Virus record (IMG/VR): IMGVR_UViG_3300045918_000214
Span: 4,896 to 68,895 of that record
Direction: 5' to 3' (one strand)
From: a virus
DNA length: 64,000 nucleotides
Shown here piece by piece: positions 48,935 through 59,808 of the stretch. Numbering within the stretch: the stretch's first letter is position 1; each line of letters begins with the position of its first letter. The notes below the pieces were generated by a model. It made no database searches, had not been told where the DNA came from, and was given only the letters and a program-made list of their open reading frames with translations. Position numbers and translations under genes: made by a program.

Positions 48935-49381
48935 TCATACTGGTGCAATTTGTGTAAATTTCAGTAGATGATCTCTGCGTGTTCTACATGAGATCCAAGC
49001 ATTGTAGAATTTGTCTGGGTATAGTAAGCAATCCGTGACAAATTGTTCACGGGCCTCAAAGTAGGTCAGTTCGCTTAGTGTTCTACACCACCGAGTTATT
49101 TCTCGTTTGAAGTTTTCTTTTCCTAAAGTTTCTACATCCTTCTTTAATTCTTCTGATGATCCATAGTAAGTATCCCAATCGGAAGGAACTAAAGATCGGA
49201 TTTTCTTCTTCCGCTTCTCACCGTTTTTTAGTTTGATGGTTTTAATCGAAGTTTTCTTGAAAGTCGATTTCTTTTTTCCTATGTATCGTCTACCGTCTAA
49301 TAAGTTAGTGATACAGTATATGAAACCTATGTACTGTGGGTCAACCTCAGATACAGGTTCATTCTCATAAATCCAAGTCAT
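48935..49381 (-). CDS. GIY-YIG-fold protein common in large phages
   Basis: GFIYCITN...RRYIGKK...SDW..YYGSS...FKREI. Confidence 0.7.
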   Translation of the reverse strand: MTWIYENEPVSEVDPQYIGFIYCITNLLDGRRYIGKKKSTFKKTSIKTIKLKNGEKRKKKIRSLVPSDWDTYYGSSEELKKDVETLGKENFKREITRWCRTLSELTYFEAREQFVTDCLLYPDKFYNAWISCRTRRDHLLKFTQIAPV

Positions 49382-49476
49382 AATAATCCAGAAAGTTACT
49401 CTGGAAAGTATTTAATGCATTAAATAGATGGTAACCACGGAATTCTCAGTTCCTGCTAGTCAAGTTAAGGATCTAT

Positions 49477-50352
49477 ATGACCAGCACAGATATTTATTCA
49501 TCTGAAAAAATTCTACCCTATGTTTATCTATGTACCCACAAAGAAAATGGTACATTTTATATAGGAAGTAGAACATCAAATAAACTCAATCTACCTTCTC
49601 ATAAAGATATTTTGAAGTACAAAACTAGTTCGGATATAGTTAAACCTAGATTTGAACAATTCAATACTATGATCCTTGCGGAATTCTTTGATCCATATGA
49701 TGCCTATGTTTTTGAACAAGAATTAATTTTAGAAAATTTTAAAAATCCATTAATTCTAAATATGGCAGTGCAACCACCTAAAGGTAAGACAAAATTCTTA
49801 GGGAATGCCGGCCGCACCCAAAAATCTAGAGAATCTGCTAGTAAGCGGATGAAATCAGATCAAAATCCAGGGAAACATCAAACAAAAGAAAGCAAATTGA
49901 AGCGCAAAAGCACTCTTGAACTACTAATGTCGGAAATGAGCCCAGAAGAAAAAAGTTTAAAATATGGAAATTTTGGTGATAAAAATTCTATGTATGGTAA
50001 ATCTATCAAAGAATTTATGCACCAAGAAGAATTTGATCAATGGAAAGAATCTATAAGCAATGCATGGATTTCCAAAGAATCTATTTGGATGCACAATTTT
50101 CTTAATAAGAATGCTAGAATTGATTTGATAAATTTAAATGAAGCTTTGGCACAGGGATATGTTTTGGGCTATGCAGAAAAATCTCATACAAACTATACAA
50201 GATCGGTTGTGACATATAAATTATTAACCCCAGCTGGGAAAATCATAGAAGTTGGTAATTTGTCTAAATTCTATAGAGATAATAACGTATCCGGCATAAC
50301 AAACAAAAAGAATAAATCCGGATACGTCATTTTATCAAAAATTAGAAATTAA
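49477..50352 (+). mobile_element. GIY-YIG-like homing endonuclease convergent with the RNR gene
   Basis: PYVY...FYIGSR...YKTSS; KNSMYGK NUMOD3-like motif; AT-rich. Confidence 0.7.
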
Positions 50353-52592
50353 AATTCTACGGAACAAGTACCTCCGCTGCATGCAGCACCGGCAAGAGAA
50401 TCTACAGAAACATACTGTTGAGCTTGTAGTTCCTTAGAGAAGTCGATGTGGTACATAGAACGGTTGATGTTGGACCATTTGTGTAAATTGTAGCAATCTT
50501 TGAGACATGCAATCATGGAGTCCGAATCACCCTTGAAGTAGTTGGAGGCAAACTTGGTAGCTCTGCGAATCCAGTCACGTTTCAGCAAATCTTCCGATTC
50601 CGTAGACAATTTAAGACCCTTACCGACCAATGTATCACAAGCGAGCCAAAGGTTCTCATTGTAAGCTCTTAACGCCTCTACGATTAGACCTGACGCGAAT
50701 AGTGAACCTTCACCATGCAGTTCTACGATCTTCTCAAACGTTAGCACTTCAGTAAATGGTGCCTGAGCATATGCCTTGTCGCCTGACCCTGCCATAAGTG
50801 AGACACCAGCAAAGAATTGGCGGTTGTCAAACAAGTATTGTTCTACTTCATCCCAGTTATCTACGGTGATAGTATTAGAAACATTGTGCCGGAGTTTTGG
50901 ATGGGCACATAATTCTACATTGGTGCCATATTCTACCCAGTACTGTTGGGCAAGTTTTACGTACTCAAGTTGTTTCACACCAAGCAACTCGGATTTATAC
51001 TTAGAACCAGGCTTGGTAATGATAGGAAATGCTACAACTACATCTGTGCCGTTTGGTGACCAGACTGATTTTTCTACCATCTTTGGATTGATAGCCTGGA
51101 TATGCTTTGCGACTTCGTCGTTCACATTCATCTGCACGTGACGGAAGAACAATTCAGCATGCTCACCATGAATACCAGAACCCGAAGCCAATAGGGTAGA
51201 AGCATTACCAGATGGTTTCACACAGGTAGTACGAGCAGCATGGTTGATACCAAGAATGTCGGCCATCTGAGCATTGACTTCCTTGATCAGTGTAGCACCT
51301 TCAATCATGTTTTGTTTGTCAAACAAGATGTCTGGATTGTTCATCCAACCGGTAATAGAGCAACCGATGAGAGCTTCGCGCTCTGTGATTTTACGAGTAG
51401 CTTCAGAAACATATTTGAAGTTTGTATACCCAGCCTGGATAGTACCAAGAATTGCAGATGCACGGCAAGCACGGAGGAACGTAGCCTTATCTATACATTT
51501 GCGACCATTGATCTCTGTAAGGTTGCAGAATTGGAAGCCAGACACGTAATCTTCGGTTTGTGGAAGCATACCAATTTCTACACAAGGATTCCACATGAAG
51601 TCATCGGATTCAGCAAAGATGAATCCTGGCTCACCAAAGTCCTTGACCGACTTCATAATTTGATGCCATTCATCACGGGTCAGTTCGTCACGGATAATGA
51701 GAGCTGAATTGTTAGAACGACCACGTTGTGGGTTGGTAATAAACCAATCACCGGTCTTTGCCTTCAGCATATCATGGTCATCTTTGTCGAAGACACAGAT
51801 TGTTGCTGAGCGGCGAACACCACCAGAAAGTACGGCATCGGACATGTGCATCACGAAGTCGTAGGCTGTGATCGAGTTCAGTTTTGTGATAGGCTTCTCT
51901 TCAAGCAGGTTTTCCAACACATCTTCACATTTGACCAAAGCCGCTCGTAGTCCATCTGGGCCTGGAGCCTTGAAACCACCAGAGATTTTGGCACCAGAAG
52001 GGCGAATCTTTGTAAAGTCAAAGTGAACCTGGCAACCACGGAACTCGGGGTGAGTTGCACCCTCAGTGAAATATGAACTTAGCAGAACACCAAATGCCTC
52101 AGCCCAACCTTCAATAGAATCTGGCACCTGATAGATCTTTGCCTTCTTCTGTGACCGGCGAGCAATAGAAGGAAGTTTGTCAATACGTTTCTTGCCGACA
52201 GAGAAACCGACTCCACAACCCGAGAGCATAAGATACATGCATTCGTTGAAGAATGCTGGACGGTCAACATAAGAAACAGAGCAATTGTACATACGAGATT
52301 CATGCTTAAAGATTTGATCGCCACCAAATTGTAGAGCACGTTGGGCACCAAGAACAAGTTTTTCGGTATATGCTTCTTGAGCATAGTTCATTGCAACTTC
52401 TAATTCTGGAGTCATCTTGTCTGCATACTTTTGTCTATGCATGTTCATAACTCGGGCTACGGATTCTTCCCACGTTTCATATCTTGAATTTACCTCATCC
52501 CACCGTGAGTAACCCATATAAAATTTTGATTCAGCCAGCATCAGATTGCCCGAATGTTCTTGTTCTTGTACCATGTTTATATTCTCTTCCAT
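50349..52592 (-). CDS. nrdJ: ribonucleotide reductase, probably class II (B12-dependent)
   Basis: YNCS, GGVRRSA, NPCVEI, CNLTEIN, TCVKPSG, C-terminal CSGGTC; no nrdB nearby. Confidence 0.75.
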   Translation of the reverse strand: MEENINMVQEQEHSGNLMLAESKFYMGYSRWDEVNSRYETWEESVARVMNMHRQKYADKMTPELEVAMNYAQEAYTEKLVLGAQRALQFGGDQIFKHESRMYNCSVSYVDRPAFFNECMYLMLSGCGVGFSVGKKRIDKLPSIARRSQKKAKIYQVPDSIEGWAEAFGVLLSSYFTEGATHPEFRGCQVHFDFTKIRPSGAKISGGFKAPGPDGLRAALVKCEDVLENLLEEKPITKLNSITAYDFVMHMSDAVLSGGVRRSATICVFDKDDHDMLKAKTGDWFITNPQRGRSNNSALIIRDELTRDEWHQIMKSVKDFGEPGFIFAESDDFMWNPCVEIGMLPQTEDYVSGFQFCNLTEINGRKCIDKATFLRACRASAILGTIQAGYTNFKYVSEATRKITEREALIGCSITGWMNNPDILFDKQNMIEGATLIKEVNAQMADILGINHAARTTCVKPSGNASTLLASGSGIHGEHAELFFRHVQMNVNDEVAKHIQAINPKMVEKSVWSPNGTDVVVAFPIITKPGSKYKSELLGVKQLEYVKLAQQYWVEYGTNVELCAHPKLRHNVSNTITVDNWDEVEQYLFDNRQFFAGVSLMAGSGDKAYAQAPFTEVLTFEKIVELHGEGSLFASGLIVEALRAYNENLWLACDTLVGKGLKLSTESEDLLKRDWIRRATKFASNYFKGDSDSMIACLKDCYNLHKWSNINRSMYHIDFSKELQAQQYVSVDSLAGAACSGGTCSVEF

Positions 52593-53605
52593 TCATTAAA
52601 GTTTAAATTTGCAACTAAACCTTTGTAGGTATTCCTCTTTATAAGGGCTACGGGGTCTATCTTATTCATAATCATTGAGTTTATGTCTTTGTATTGATCA
52701 ACAGCTTTTGGCCAGATTACTACTTTTAATCCTGAGTCAATTGCTTTTTCATATTCCTTCACGACTGCCTTATTGCGAGGCTCATTATCTAGTACTACGG
52801 TGAGCAAGTCACCTGAAATTTTCGTTCCTTTTAGAAACCAAGTAGCGGTAGTCGCAAGAGACGCGTTCACAGAAGCTATACAATTTTCTATGAACAACGA
52901 GTCCAAGGGACCTTCTACTAGGGTTATGGGTTTATTTAAATCAAGGCGCTCGAAACCAAATAGCAGAGGCGTCTTTTCGTTGATTTTGACTGTGACATAT
53001 TTCTGATTTGATTTGTCAGAGAGGTCTCGTCCTTGGTACGCGAAGATCTTCCCGGCTCTATCGAAGAAAGGAATAATGATACGGGCTTCGTCTCGTTTGT
53101 TTGATTCAAAGGTGTCATTAAACTGGGAAGAGTATTCATAAAATTTGTCTGCGTAATAGAATGGATAGGCTGGGAGCTGGCGTGACTTAATGTATTGCTT
53201 GGCAAAGTGATCATCTGGTAGGTCTGAGACCAACGGAAGATCTAATTCTGCTTCACATGTCTGTTTCTTTTCATATGTTACCTTCTGGGGTACAAATTCT
53301 TTTTTAGGTGCCGGTGCATTGTGTCTAAATTTTTCAAATAAGAATTCATCGAATAGTTGTTTGAAATGTATCTTTAGAAAACTTGTTAGAGTCGTTGACA
53401 GACCACAATTAAAACATAGACAGTTCAGGTCATGATTCTTCTCATAGATCTGGAAACGAGTCTTTGTCTTTACCTTAGCAGAATCACCACAGACTGGACA
53501 CCGTGCAGCGGCCAAAAATGGAGATTCTTTTTTGATCCGGAATCTTTCTAACCTGGACCCTAGAATTTTAGCATATGAAACTTGCAGGAAATAATCATCA
53601 TTCAT
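52577..53605 (-). CDS. gp61: DNA primase (T4 gp61 homolog)
   Basis: RCPVCGDS, CFNCG, QGR, VEGPLDS, DNEPRN, KDIN. Confidence 0.95.
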   Translation of the reverse strand: MNDDYFLQVSYAKILGSRLERFRIKKESPFLAAARCPVCGDSAKVKTKTRFQIYEKNHDLNCLCFNCGLSTTLTSFLKIHFKQLFDEFLFEKFRHNAPAPKKEFVPQKVTYEKKQTCEAELDLPLVSDLPDDHFAKQYIKSRQLPAYPFYYADKFYEYSSQFNDTFESNKRDEARIIIPFFDRAGKIFAYQGRDLSDKSNQKYVTVKINEKTPLLFGFERLDLNKPITLVEGPLDSLFIENCIASVNASLATTATWFLKGTKISGDLLTVVLDNEPRNKAVVKEYEKAIDSGLKVVIWPKAVDQYKDINSMIMNKIDPVALIKRNTYKGLVANLNFNEWKRI

Positions 53606-54018
53606 TGTATAACGGTGGGAGCACTCATAATATCTTTGTCAGCAAAGTCGACTCCATTCATGATGGAGTCAAGCATCAATAGCCGCCGCGTTTCTTCCAT
53701 AATTAGAGCATTGTAGCAATTTTTGTAGAATCTAGCATCAGACTCGGAAGCCTTGAGGATAGAGATCACATGATCTGCCACGATGGGGATATATTTATTG
53801 TCTCCAAATGGTTGGTACAGCTGTGGAACGTATTGTGTTACAATTTTACCATCAAAAACCATGGAAGTAAAATTTATTCTCACCGGTGCTAGGAAATGCA
53901 TAAGTCCGGCTTCAATGTACATTGGACCAGTAAGAAGTGTCTCCCCAGTCATGAGTTTCACAGCAAAGCATGGGTAGTTGATTTTAGTTTGTTCGGGCAT
54001 TAAGGATTCACCTTTCAT
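53602..54018 (-). CDS. conserved hypothetical (Sm-like) protein
   Basis: VKLMTGETL pattern; position between uvsW and primase. Confidence 0.5.
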   Translation of the reverse strand: MKGESLMPEQTKINYPCFAVKLMTGETLLTGPMYIEAGLMHFLAPVRINFTSMVFDGKIVTQYVPQLYQPFGDNKYIPIVADHVISILKASESDARFYKNCYNALIMEETRRLLMLDSIMNGVDFADKDIMSAPTVIQ

Positions 54019-55502
54019 TTAAAATTCACATTTATGATTGTGTATGTGAAACCGTCTCGAGTATAGGTCCCGAGTCTGTCGCCGAGATGTCGGTATGAGA
54101 TATTTGCCTTCTTACCGAATGTCATGTTGTCTGAGATATCATACAGTATGCATTTGTCCTTGCCTTCTTTGAGACGAAGACCACGGCCAATAGACTGAAT
54201 GATTGTGATAGCAGATTTTGCTGGGTGAGCAAAAATGATGTTCTCGATAGCAGGTAGATTGACACCAGTAGAAAACACAGCATACGAGGCTACAATAATG
54301 TCATCTTCACCTTTATTTGCTGAATGCCGAATGAGCTCTCGGTCCTTACCTGTGACTGTGCCGTCGATGTAGTGGATATTTCTATCGGGTGCTTTTTCAC
54401 ACACTAACTTGTATAGATCTTCACCCTGGAGTTCTACGAATCTAAAGAGTACCAGAGTCGTTCCCCTACACTGAGAAGCAAGTTTTGCAATGAACTTGTT
54501 CCGATTCGAGTTAGACACAATGTACTTTATCTCCGTGTCATAATCAACCTTCTTCATAGCCTTAGCGACTTCGGGTGGATGGTTTAGAATGATTGCTTTG
54601 ATTGTAAGTGGCACCAGTTGTTTGTTCTCAATCAGAGTTGCAGTGGTAGCAATTTCATACACTTCACCTGTGATGCCCTTCATTACTAGAAGGTTACATT
54701 TCATATCATGAAGAGTTCCAGTACAGGCAAGTTTGTACTCAACATCAGTTGCACGTTCATAGATGCCCGTGATAGTTTTTGCTACAATTTTATGGCCTTC
54801 GTCTCCAATCATAGCACCGAACTGATTCAGCCATTCAGATGGCATCTTATAGATAGATTGGAAAGTAGAAACTGTGATAGGCTTCTTGATATTTTTATCT
54901 ACGCCTGCTGTAATACAATGTACATTGTCATCTGCTGACCAATCGGTACCAGAAGCGTAGTCTGCAAAATCTGACTTCATCTGAGAGGTCAAAGAAATTG
55001 TAGGCACAACAATCAGCACACGCATCTGAAGTTCATCCACTATGTATCGGCAAATGATAAAAAGAACTAGAGACTTTCCTGCTCCGGTAGCTGCATGGAG
55101 GATTGCTCGTTTATTCTTTAGTGCTTGGTATGCTCCATTGATTTGGTAGTCACGAATCTCAATTGGTGGAATTCGTTTCTCAATGCCCAGAGTTCCGGCA
55201 AAATCCTGGATGTCTTTATATGTGAGTCCAACGTCGGTATGCTCGGGAATATCTATCTCAATAGAATATGAACGTGATTCAGCAAATTTCTTGAGTTCTG
55301 CAACCAAACCGTATGGCAGAGTTCTTGGTCCTAGATTGAAGATGCGGATTTTTCCGTCCCAACGACCCATCTTGTACATCGGCGAGAACTTTGCTCCCGG
55401 TACTTCAAATGTGTAGGTATCTGAGATTTCCCGGGCTATATCCGGATCACACTTAACTCGTACAAAAGACTCGTTGTGCTTTGTTACTACAATATCACTC
55501 AT
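54015..55502 (-). CDS. uvsW: UvsW DNA helicase
   Basis: WDGKIR, RDYQ, TGAGKS, DEGH, QSIGRGLR. Confidence 0.95.
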   Translation of the reverse strand: MSDIVVTKHNESFVRVKCDPDIAREISDTYTFEVPGAKFSPMYKMGRWDGKIRIFNLGPRTLPYGLVAELKKFAESRSYSIEIDIPEHTDVGLTYKDIQDFAGTLGIEKRIPPIEIRDYQINGAYQALKNKRAILHAATGAGKSLVLFIICRYIVDELQMRVLIVVPTISLTSQMKSDFADYASGTDWSADDNVHCITAGVDKNIKKPITVSTFQSIYKMPSEWLNQFGAMIGDEGHKIVAKTITGIYERATDVEYKLACTGTLHDMKCNLLVMKGITGEVYEIATTATLIENKQLVPLTIKAIILNHPPEVAKAMKKVDYDTEIKYIVSNSNRNKFIAKLASQCRGTTLVLFRFVELQGEDLYKLVCEKAPDRNIHYIDGTVTGKDRELIRHSANKGEDDIIVASYAVFSTGVNLPAIENIIFAHPAKSAITIIQSIGRGLRLKEGKDKCILYDISDNMTFGKKANISYRHLGDRLGTYTRDGFTYTIINVNFK

Positions 55503-55776
55503 ACGTAGATTTTAGACACAGTCTTGTATACAGAGATTTTAAGATCTGTTCGGTCTTGAAGATCAAATAACATGTGGTACACAGGATATTTTCCATTGAA
55601 CACTGGCTCGTCAAAAAGTTCTGATTCACCAATGATGTAGGTAATATCGGAGTTATTTGTGTACATTACTTGCTTTTTGACATTGTTCTCTAACCAATCA
55701 AGCATCATGTTTCTTTGTGCTCCGGAAGATTGGTACAGAAGTTCATTTGCTATGGCTATTGCGCCTTTATTCATGC

Positions 55777-56217
55777 TCAGACTCCAGATAAAAATTTGTT
55801 TTGGTCGACAATGGATTTAAACAAGTAGTATTGATTGCCAATATCCTTGAGGATGCTTTCACAAGCCTGAACCATAGTCTCGGTGTATAGAATCTTCTCT
55901 TTGATAAGTTGCAGAGAGCTATCAGCGTCCAAGATAGTTTCCATCTCGGACTTCAGAGGTTTCTTGTATAGATATTGCTTCAGATCATTAGCAATGAGTT
56001 CAGCTTCGTCCATTTCCCCATTATAGTATTTCGTCATAAGTTGCCGTCTCTGCATGTATTTCAGAGACAGTGTCCGAAGGCGAATCTTGTATGTTTGGAG
56101 GAATGTAAGATATTTCGAATGCCGAATCGGGTGGGATGACATTCTCTCGGATAGCTTGAGCTGATCTATCTTACAATCGATAGCCCATTCGGCCATCAGT
56201 TCTTCATTAGTTAGCAT
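55777..56217 (-). CDS. uvsY: UvsY recombination mediator
   Basis: W..DCKID, HSKYL, YYNG, KFLSG; adjacent to uvsW. Confidence 0.85.
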   Translation of the reverse strand: MLTNEELMAEWAIDCKIDQLKLSERMSSHPIRHSKYLTFLQTYKIRLRTLSLKYMQRRQLMTKYYNGEMDEAELIANDLKQYLYKKPLKSEMETILDADSSLQLIKEKILYTETMVQACESILKDIGNQYYLFKSIVDQNKFLSGV

Positions 56218-56276
56218 GTTTACCTAAATCTAGTGTTCATTACTTCATTATAAATTGATTTAGATCTAAGTAAAAT

Positions 56277-56753
56277 CTATGTTAGCACGAACCTTGAGAA
56301 GTAGAAGGTAGCAGTACACTCGACCGGGATTGGATCGGGATGCTGTGTAGAGAAGTTCAGAGCCGAAAGTGATGTTGGGAATAGATCAAAGAACTTGATC
56401 ACTCGGTTTGGGTTGGAAGAATTCGTAAGAGTGAGCAAAGTACCATCGGATACAAGCTTATCCTCTTGGATGTTCTTCGTTGCAAATTCAGATCCAATAT
56501 CATACCGCTGTTGTGTAATCCAACGATAGATTTCTTCATAGTTCAGCAGATTTTCATCAACTAGGAAAGTAACATTTAGTTGTGAGAATTCCGATGACGA
56601 ACCTGGAAAGAATTGATTTGATGCAGCTGAGGCCGACATTGGGGCAGGAACTGAGATATCAGGTAGATTCACTGCAGTGACTCTAAATGCAGTTTCTGGG
56701 ATTCGTTCAATAGAGAATTGAAACGAATTGCTTTTTAGCATATTGTAATCCAT
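56277..56753 (-). CDS. gp3: tail completion / tube terminator protein (T4 gp3-like)
   Basis: FLVDENLLNYEEIYRW, SDGTL, FPTSLS..F. Confidence 0.8.
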   Translation of the reverse strand: MDYNMLKSNSFQFSIERIPETAFRVTAVNLPDISVPAPMSASAASNQFFPGSSSEFSQLNVTFLVDENLLNYEEIYRWITQQRYDIGSEFATKNIQEDKLVSDGTLLTLTNSSNPNRVIKFFDLFPTSLSALNFSTQHPDPIPVECTATFYFSRFVLT

Positions 56754-56756
56754 AGC

Positions 56757-56960
56757 TTACAATCCTTCTTGAATTTCTAGGAGAGCAGTCATGACACCAG
56801 AGTTGAAAGGATCTTCATTGTCATGAATCTTTGGGGGAGCACCTTTACGGAGTTCATATGCACGAGCTGAGGCAATGATGATTGTTTCATACAGATTACC
56901 TGCTTCACGGATCTTACCCATGTCTACTTGGTCATGGCGAGAAAGTTTCTTAATTTGCAT
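56757..56960 (-). CDS. RNA polymerase omega (RpoZ)-like protein
   Basis: NLYETIIIASARAYEL..G...TALLEIQEG resembles the RpoZ core. Confidence 0.7.
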   Translation of the reverse strand: MQIKKLSRHDQVDMGKIREAGNLYETIIIASARAYELRKGAPPKIHDNEDPFNSGVMTALLEIQEGL

Positions 56961-57017
56961 CTTTATTCCTTTGGTGGTGACTTATTTATTATATCACCAA
57001 TAGAATGCTTGTAAAAT

Positions 57018-57041
57018 AAAAAAGGGACCCGAAGGTCCCTT
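57018..57041 (-). terminator. terminator after the major capsid gene
   Basis: AAGGGACC-TTCG-GGTCCCTTTTTT. Confidence 0.9.
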
Positions 57042-57060
57042 GTTTTGTCTAACCGAAAGA

Positions 57061-58404
57061 TTAGATGATGTTACGTACTGCAGCGATGCGGTAGTAAGCA
57101 TTAGTACGGCCAGCCGTATTGAAGAACGGATTGCGAGCCATACCGTAACGAAGACGGTAAGCAAGCACTGGGCTCATTGTAGCTGGATCGGTCGTACGAA
57201 CGATTTGCAGTGGAATGTATGGGCAGTAGAACTGACCAGCGTCCCATGCGGAAGCGCCCTTGTAACCAACCATGAAGAACTGAGAGTTCGTGCCAGCGGT
57301 ACCAGAGTATGGATCGATGTAAACACGCATTTTCTTGTTCAACACACCTGCGAAGGTAGCACCAGTGTCATCAACATTGATGTCATTTGCCAAGGCTGGA
57401 GCATAATCCAACATACCACCCATTGCTAGAGCGGAAGCAACATCGCTTGAGCAAACAAGGATGTTACCCTTGCCGCGACGAGTTTCTTGAGCGATAGCAT
57501 TAGCTTCACGTTCGATTTGGAACAACAGACCTTTATGACGTTCAGCCAACCAACGGCCATCAGAGTCAGCAGTAAGATTGAAGATACCAGGAACAGTAGT
57601 TCCTTGAGCACCAACCTTAGCACCAAGATAGATAGTCTTGAGAACTTCACGATTCACTTCAGCCAAGATTTCGGTTGAAAGGATGTTAGACAGTTCTGCA
57701 TCAGCATCAAGACCGTGAAGGTTCTTAACGTCTTGAGCAAATTCAACTGAGTAACCAGCCTTCAAAGCGCGGGTCTTAGCAGTAACGGACATTTGTTCGA
57801 TAGTGAAAGACATTTCAGCAAATGCTGGACCTGTCGAACCCAAGCTTTCGCCTACCTGTGTCGTCATACCTTGGCCTGGAGCCACGATAGCGGTAGAAGT
57901 AGTACCAGTTGGATCCTGATCAGAGAACACGAAGTCATTTGTAGGATCGTTAGTGTACACAGCTTGACCGGTACCAGTAGAAGTACCTGGGGAAGTACCA
58001 GCAGCACCAGAGAATGCAGAGTTAGCTTCTTGGAATTGGGCTTCAGCACCAGCTTGGTTGCCGTAACGGCTACGCAATGCGAAGATCAAACCTGTAGGCT
58101 GACGAAGTGGTTGAACGCCGCAGATGTCATAAGCCAACATTTGTGGAGCTGCACGGCGAACCATGGAGATCAACACTGGGTCGAACTTAGACAAACCGGA
58201 ACCATCTGTAGGATAGCCTTGGGTTTGCGATGTAGGAGTTGCTTCTGAAAGAAGTTGACGAGTTTGGATGATGTCCTGCTCGGTGTTTTCCAACAGCACG
58301 GCAGTCGTTTGACGCTTGTGCATGTTGGTGATTGGAGTTACGCCTTCAGCGTCGAGCACTGGTGCCCATTTTTCCATTAGTTGTTCTACGGTTTGAACTG
58401 CCAT
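57061..58404 (-). CDS. gp23: major capsid protein (T4 gp23 homolog)
   Basis: KWAPVLD, DPVLISMVRR, CGVQP..PTGLIFALR, AKTRALKA, DADAELSNIL, YCPYIPL. Confidence 0.97.
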   Translation of the reverse strand: MAVQTVEQLMEKWAPVLDAEGVTPITNMHKRQTTAVLLENTEQDIIQTRQLLSEATPTSQTQGYPTDGSGLSKFDPVLISMVRRAAPQMLAYDICGVQPLRQPTGLIFALRSRYGNQAGAEAQFQEANSAFSGAAGTSPGTSTGTGQAVYTNDPTNDFVFSDQDPTGTTSTAIVAPGQGMTTQVGESLGSTGPAFAEMSFTIEQMSVTAKTRALKAGYSVEFAQDVKNLHGLDADAELSNILSTEILAEVNREVLKTIYLGAKVGAQGTTVPGIFNLTADSDGRWLAERHKGLLFQIEREANAIAQETRRGKGNILVCSSDVASALAMGGMLDYAPALANDINVDDTGATFAGVLNKKMRVYIDPYSGTAGTNSQFFMVGYKGASAWDAGQFYCPYIPLQIVRTTDPATMSPVLAYRLRYGMARNPFFNTAGRTNAYYRIAAVRNII

Positions 58405-58451
58405 TTTAATTACCTCTTTTTGGTTTGTGGATTTCTAATTGTGATCAATAC

Positions 58452-59351
58452 TTAAGCAGGTTTCTTAGCAAGGTACTGGGCATAACGGTTAACTGAAGAG
58501 AATGTCTCGGTGATAACTGGTTGTGCAACTGGTGCCTCAACTGTTTCAACAATAGCTTCTACTTTTTCTACCTTCTTTGCAGCGATCTTACCAAAGTTTT
58601 CAAGCACAATGCTCAATTGCTTTTCGTACTGGGATTCGTCTTTAAACTTAACAGACTCCGTCAATTGAACGAAGCGATCAAATTCAGTGTCGGTCATCTT
58701 AGTTTTGAACGACTCAAGAATCTTTTCAGCCTTCAGTGTGGCGATTTCTTCATGCAATTGAGCAATGGTTTCATCGGTACTAGAGACTTGTTCTTCAAGT
58801 TTATTAACTTCATCTAATGCAATTTCCAAAGCATCTTCGGACTCTTCTGGCAGGGCAATATTGTGTTCAGCCAACAATGACTGAATACCATCCATGAAAC
58901 TTTCTGCAAGGCGGGTCTTAAAATTAGCTTCAATTGCTACTTTATTATTATCTGCCCATTCCTGGACAGCTTCATTCAAAAATCCATCAATATTGGTTTC
59001 GAGTTCAGCAGTAGCTTCCTCGAGTTTTACGTTGTACTCAGCTTCCAATTCTTCTTGGATCTGAAGTACGCGATCTGTTACAGCTGCTTCAAAAATTGTC
59101 ACTGCTTGTAGTTTGAATTCTTCGGAGAGACCTTCAGCTTCAAGGAGGGCTGCTACTTGTGAGGACACTTGTGTGTCTTCCTTAACCGTCTTTGCCTTTG
59201 GAGCAGGTTTCGATTCAGCAACAACTTCTTCTGCTACTTCCTCTTCAACAACTTCTTCTGCTACCACTTCTTCAGCGATAACTTCTGGAGTTGCCTCTAC
59301 TTGCTTTGTGCTTTCTTCAAGCATTTGTTTGATTCGTTCTTCTAGGGTCAT
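58452..59351 (-). CDS. gp22: prohead scaffolding protein (gp22)
   Basis: Acidic coiled coil, LSEEFK..A.TIFEAAV. Confidence 0.9.
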   Translation of the reverse strand: MTLEERIKQMLEESTKQVEATPEVIAEEVVAEEVVEEEVAEEVVAESKPAPKAKTVKEDTQVSSQVAALLEAEGLSEEFKLQAVTIFEAAVTDRVLQIQEELEAEYNVKLEEATAELETNIDGFLNEAVQEWADNNKVAIEANFKTRLAESFMDGIQSLLAEHNIALPEESEDALEIALDEVNKLEEQVSSTDETIAQLHEEIATLKAEKILESFKTKMTDTEFDRFVQLTESVKFKDESQYEKQLSIVLENFGKIAAKKVEKVEAIVETVEAPVAQPVITETFSSVNRYAQYLAKKPA

Positions 59352-59424
59352 GTTTAATTCTCCGAATTATGATTTATTTAATCTTTTCAAAATTGTGCAT
59401 CTGTGTATTTTATTAGAGCTTTTC

Positions 59425-59808
59425 TTACTCTAATGTTTCTTCTGCAAGGTCTTTATGTCTTTGCAGAAGCGAATTTGCATATGTCATGTGTTGACCCAAT
59501 TCTTTGCGGTCATCTGTGCCATGTTTAGAATTCTTATTTTTGGAGATGTTTTTGTGTAAAACATCAGCACCAACAGCAATTCGGGACAAATCACCATTAG
59601 AATTCTTACCAACGATTTGATTAATCAAACCACGTTTCTTCGAAGCCTTAGCAGAAATTGCCTTCAGACCAGCCAGAGTTTTATTTATGCTGGTGTCATT
59701 TGCTTCCTGACCGGCACGAGTAAACTCATCATGTCTAGACTCCCATTCAGAAGCCTCTTGAAGCATAGATGTATATGCTTCAGAGATTAGTTTTAGTTCT
59801 TTGTTCAT
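59425..59808 (-). CDS. hypothetical protein inserted between gp21 and gp22
   Basis: Overlaps the gp21 stop; LxEA motifs. Confidence 0.55.
   Translation of the reverse strand: MNKELKLISEAYTSMLQEASEWESRHDEFTRAGQEANDTSINKTLAGLKAISAKASKKRGLINQIVGKNSNGDLSRIAVGADVLHKNISKNKNSKHGTDDRKELGQHMTYANSLLQRHKDLAEETLE

Noticed and set aside
50349-52592. Intron or intein in the RNR gene or other core genes
   Set aside because: Frames are continuous and of expected length; the adjacent endonuclease is free-standing and convergent
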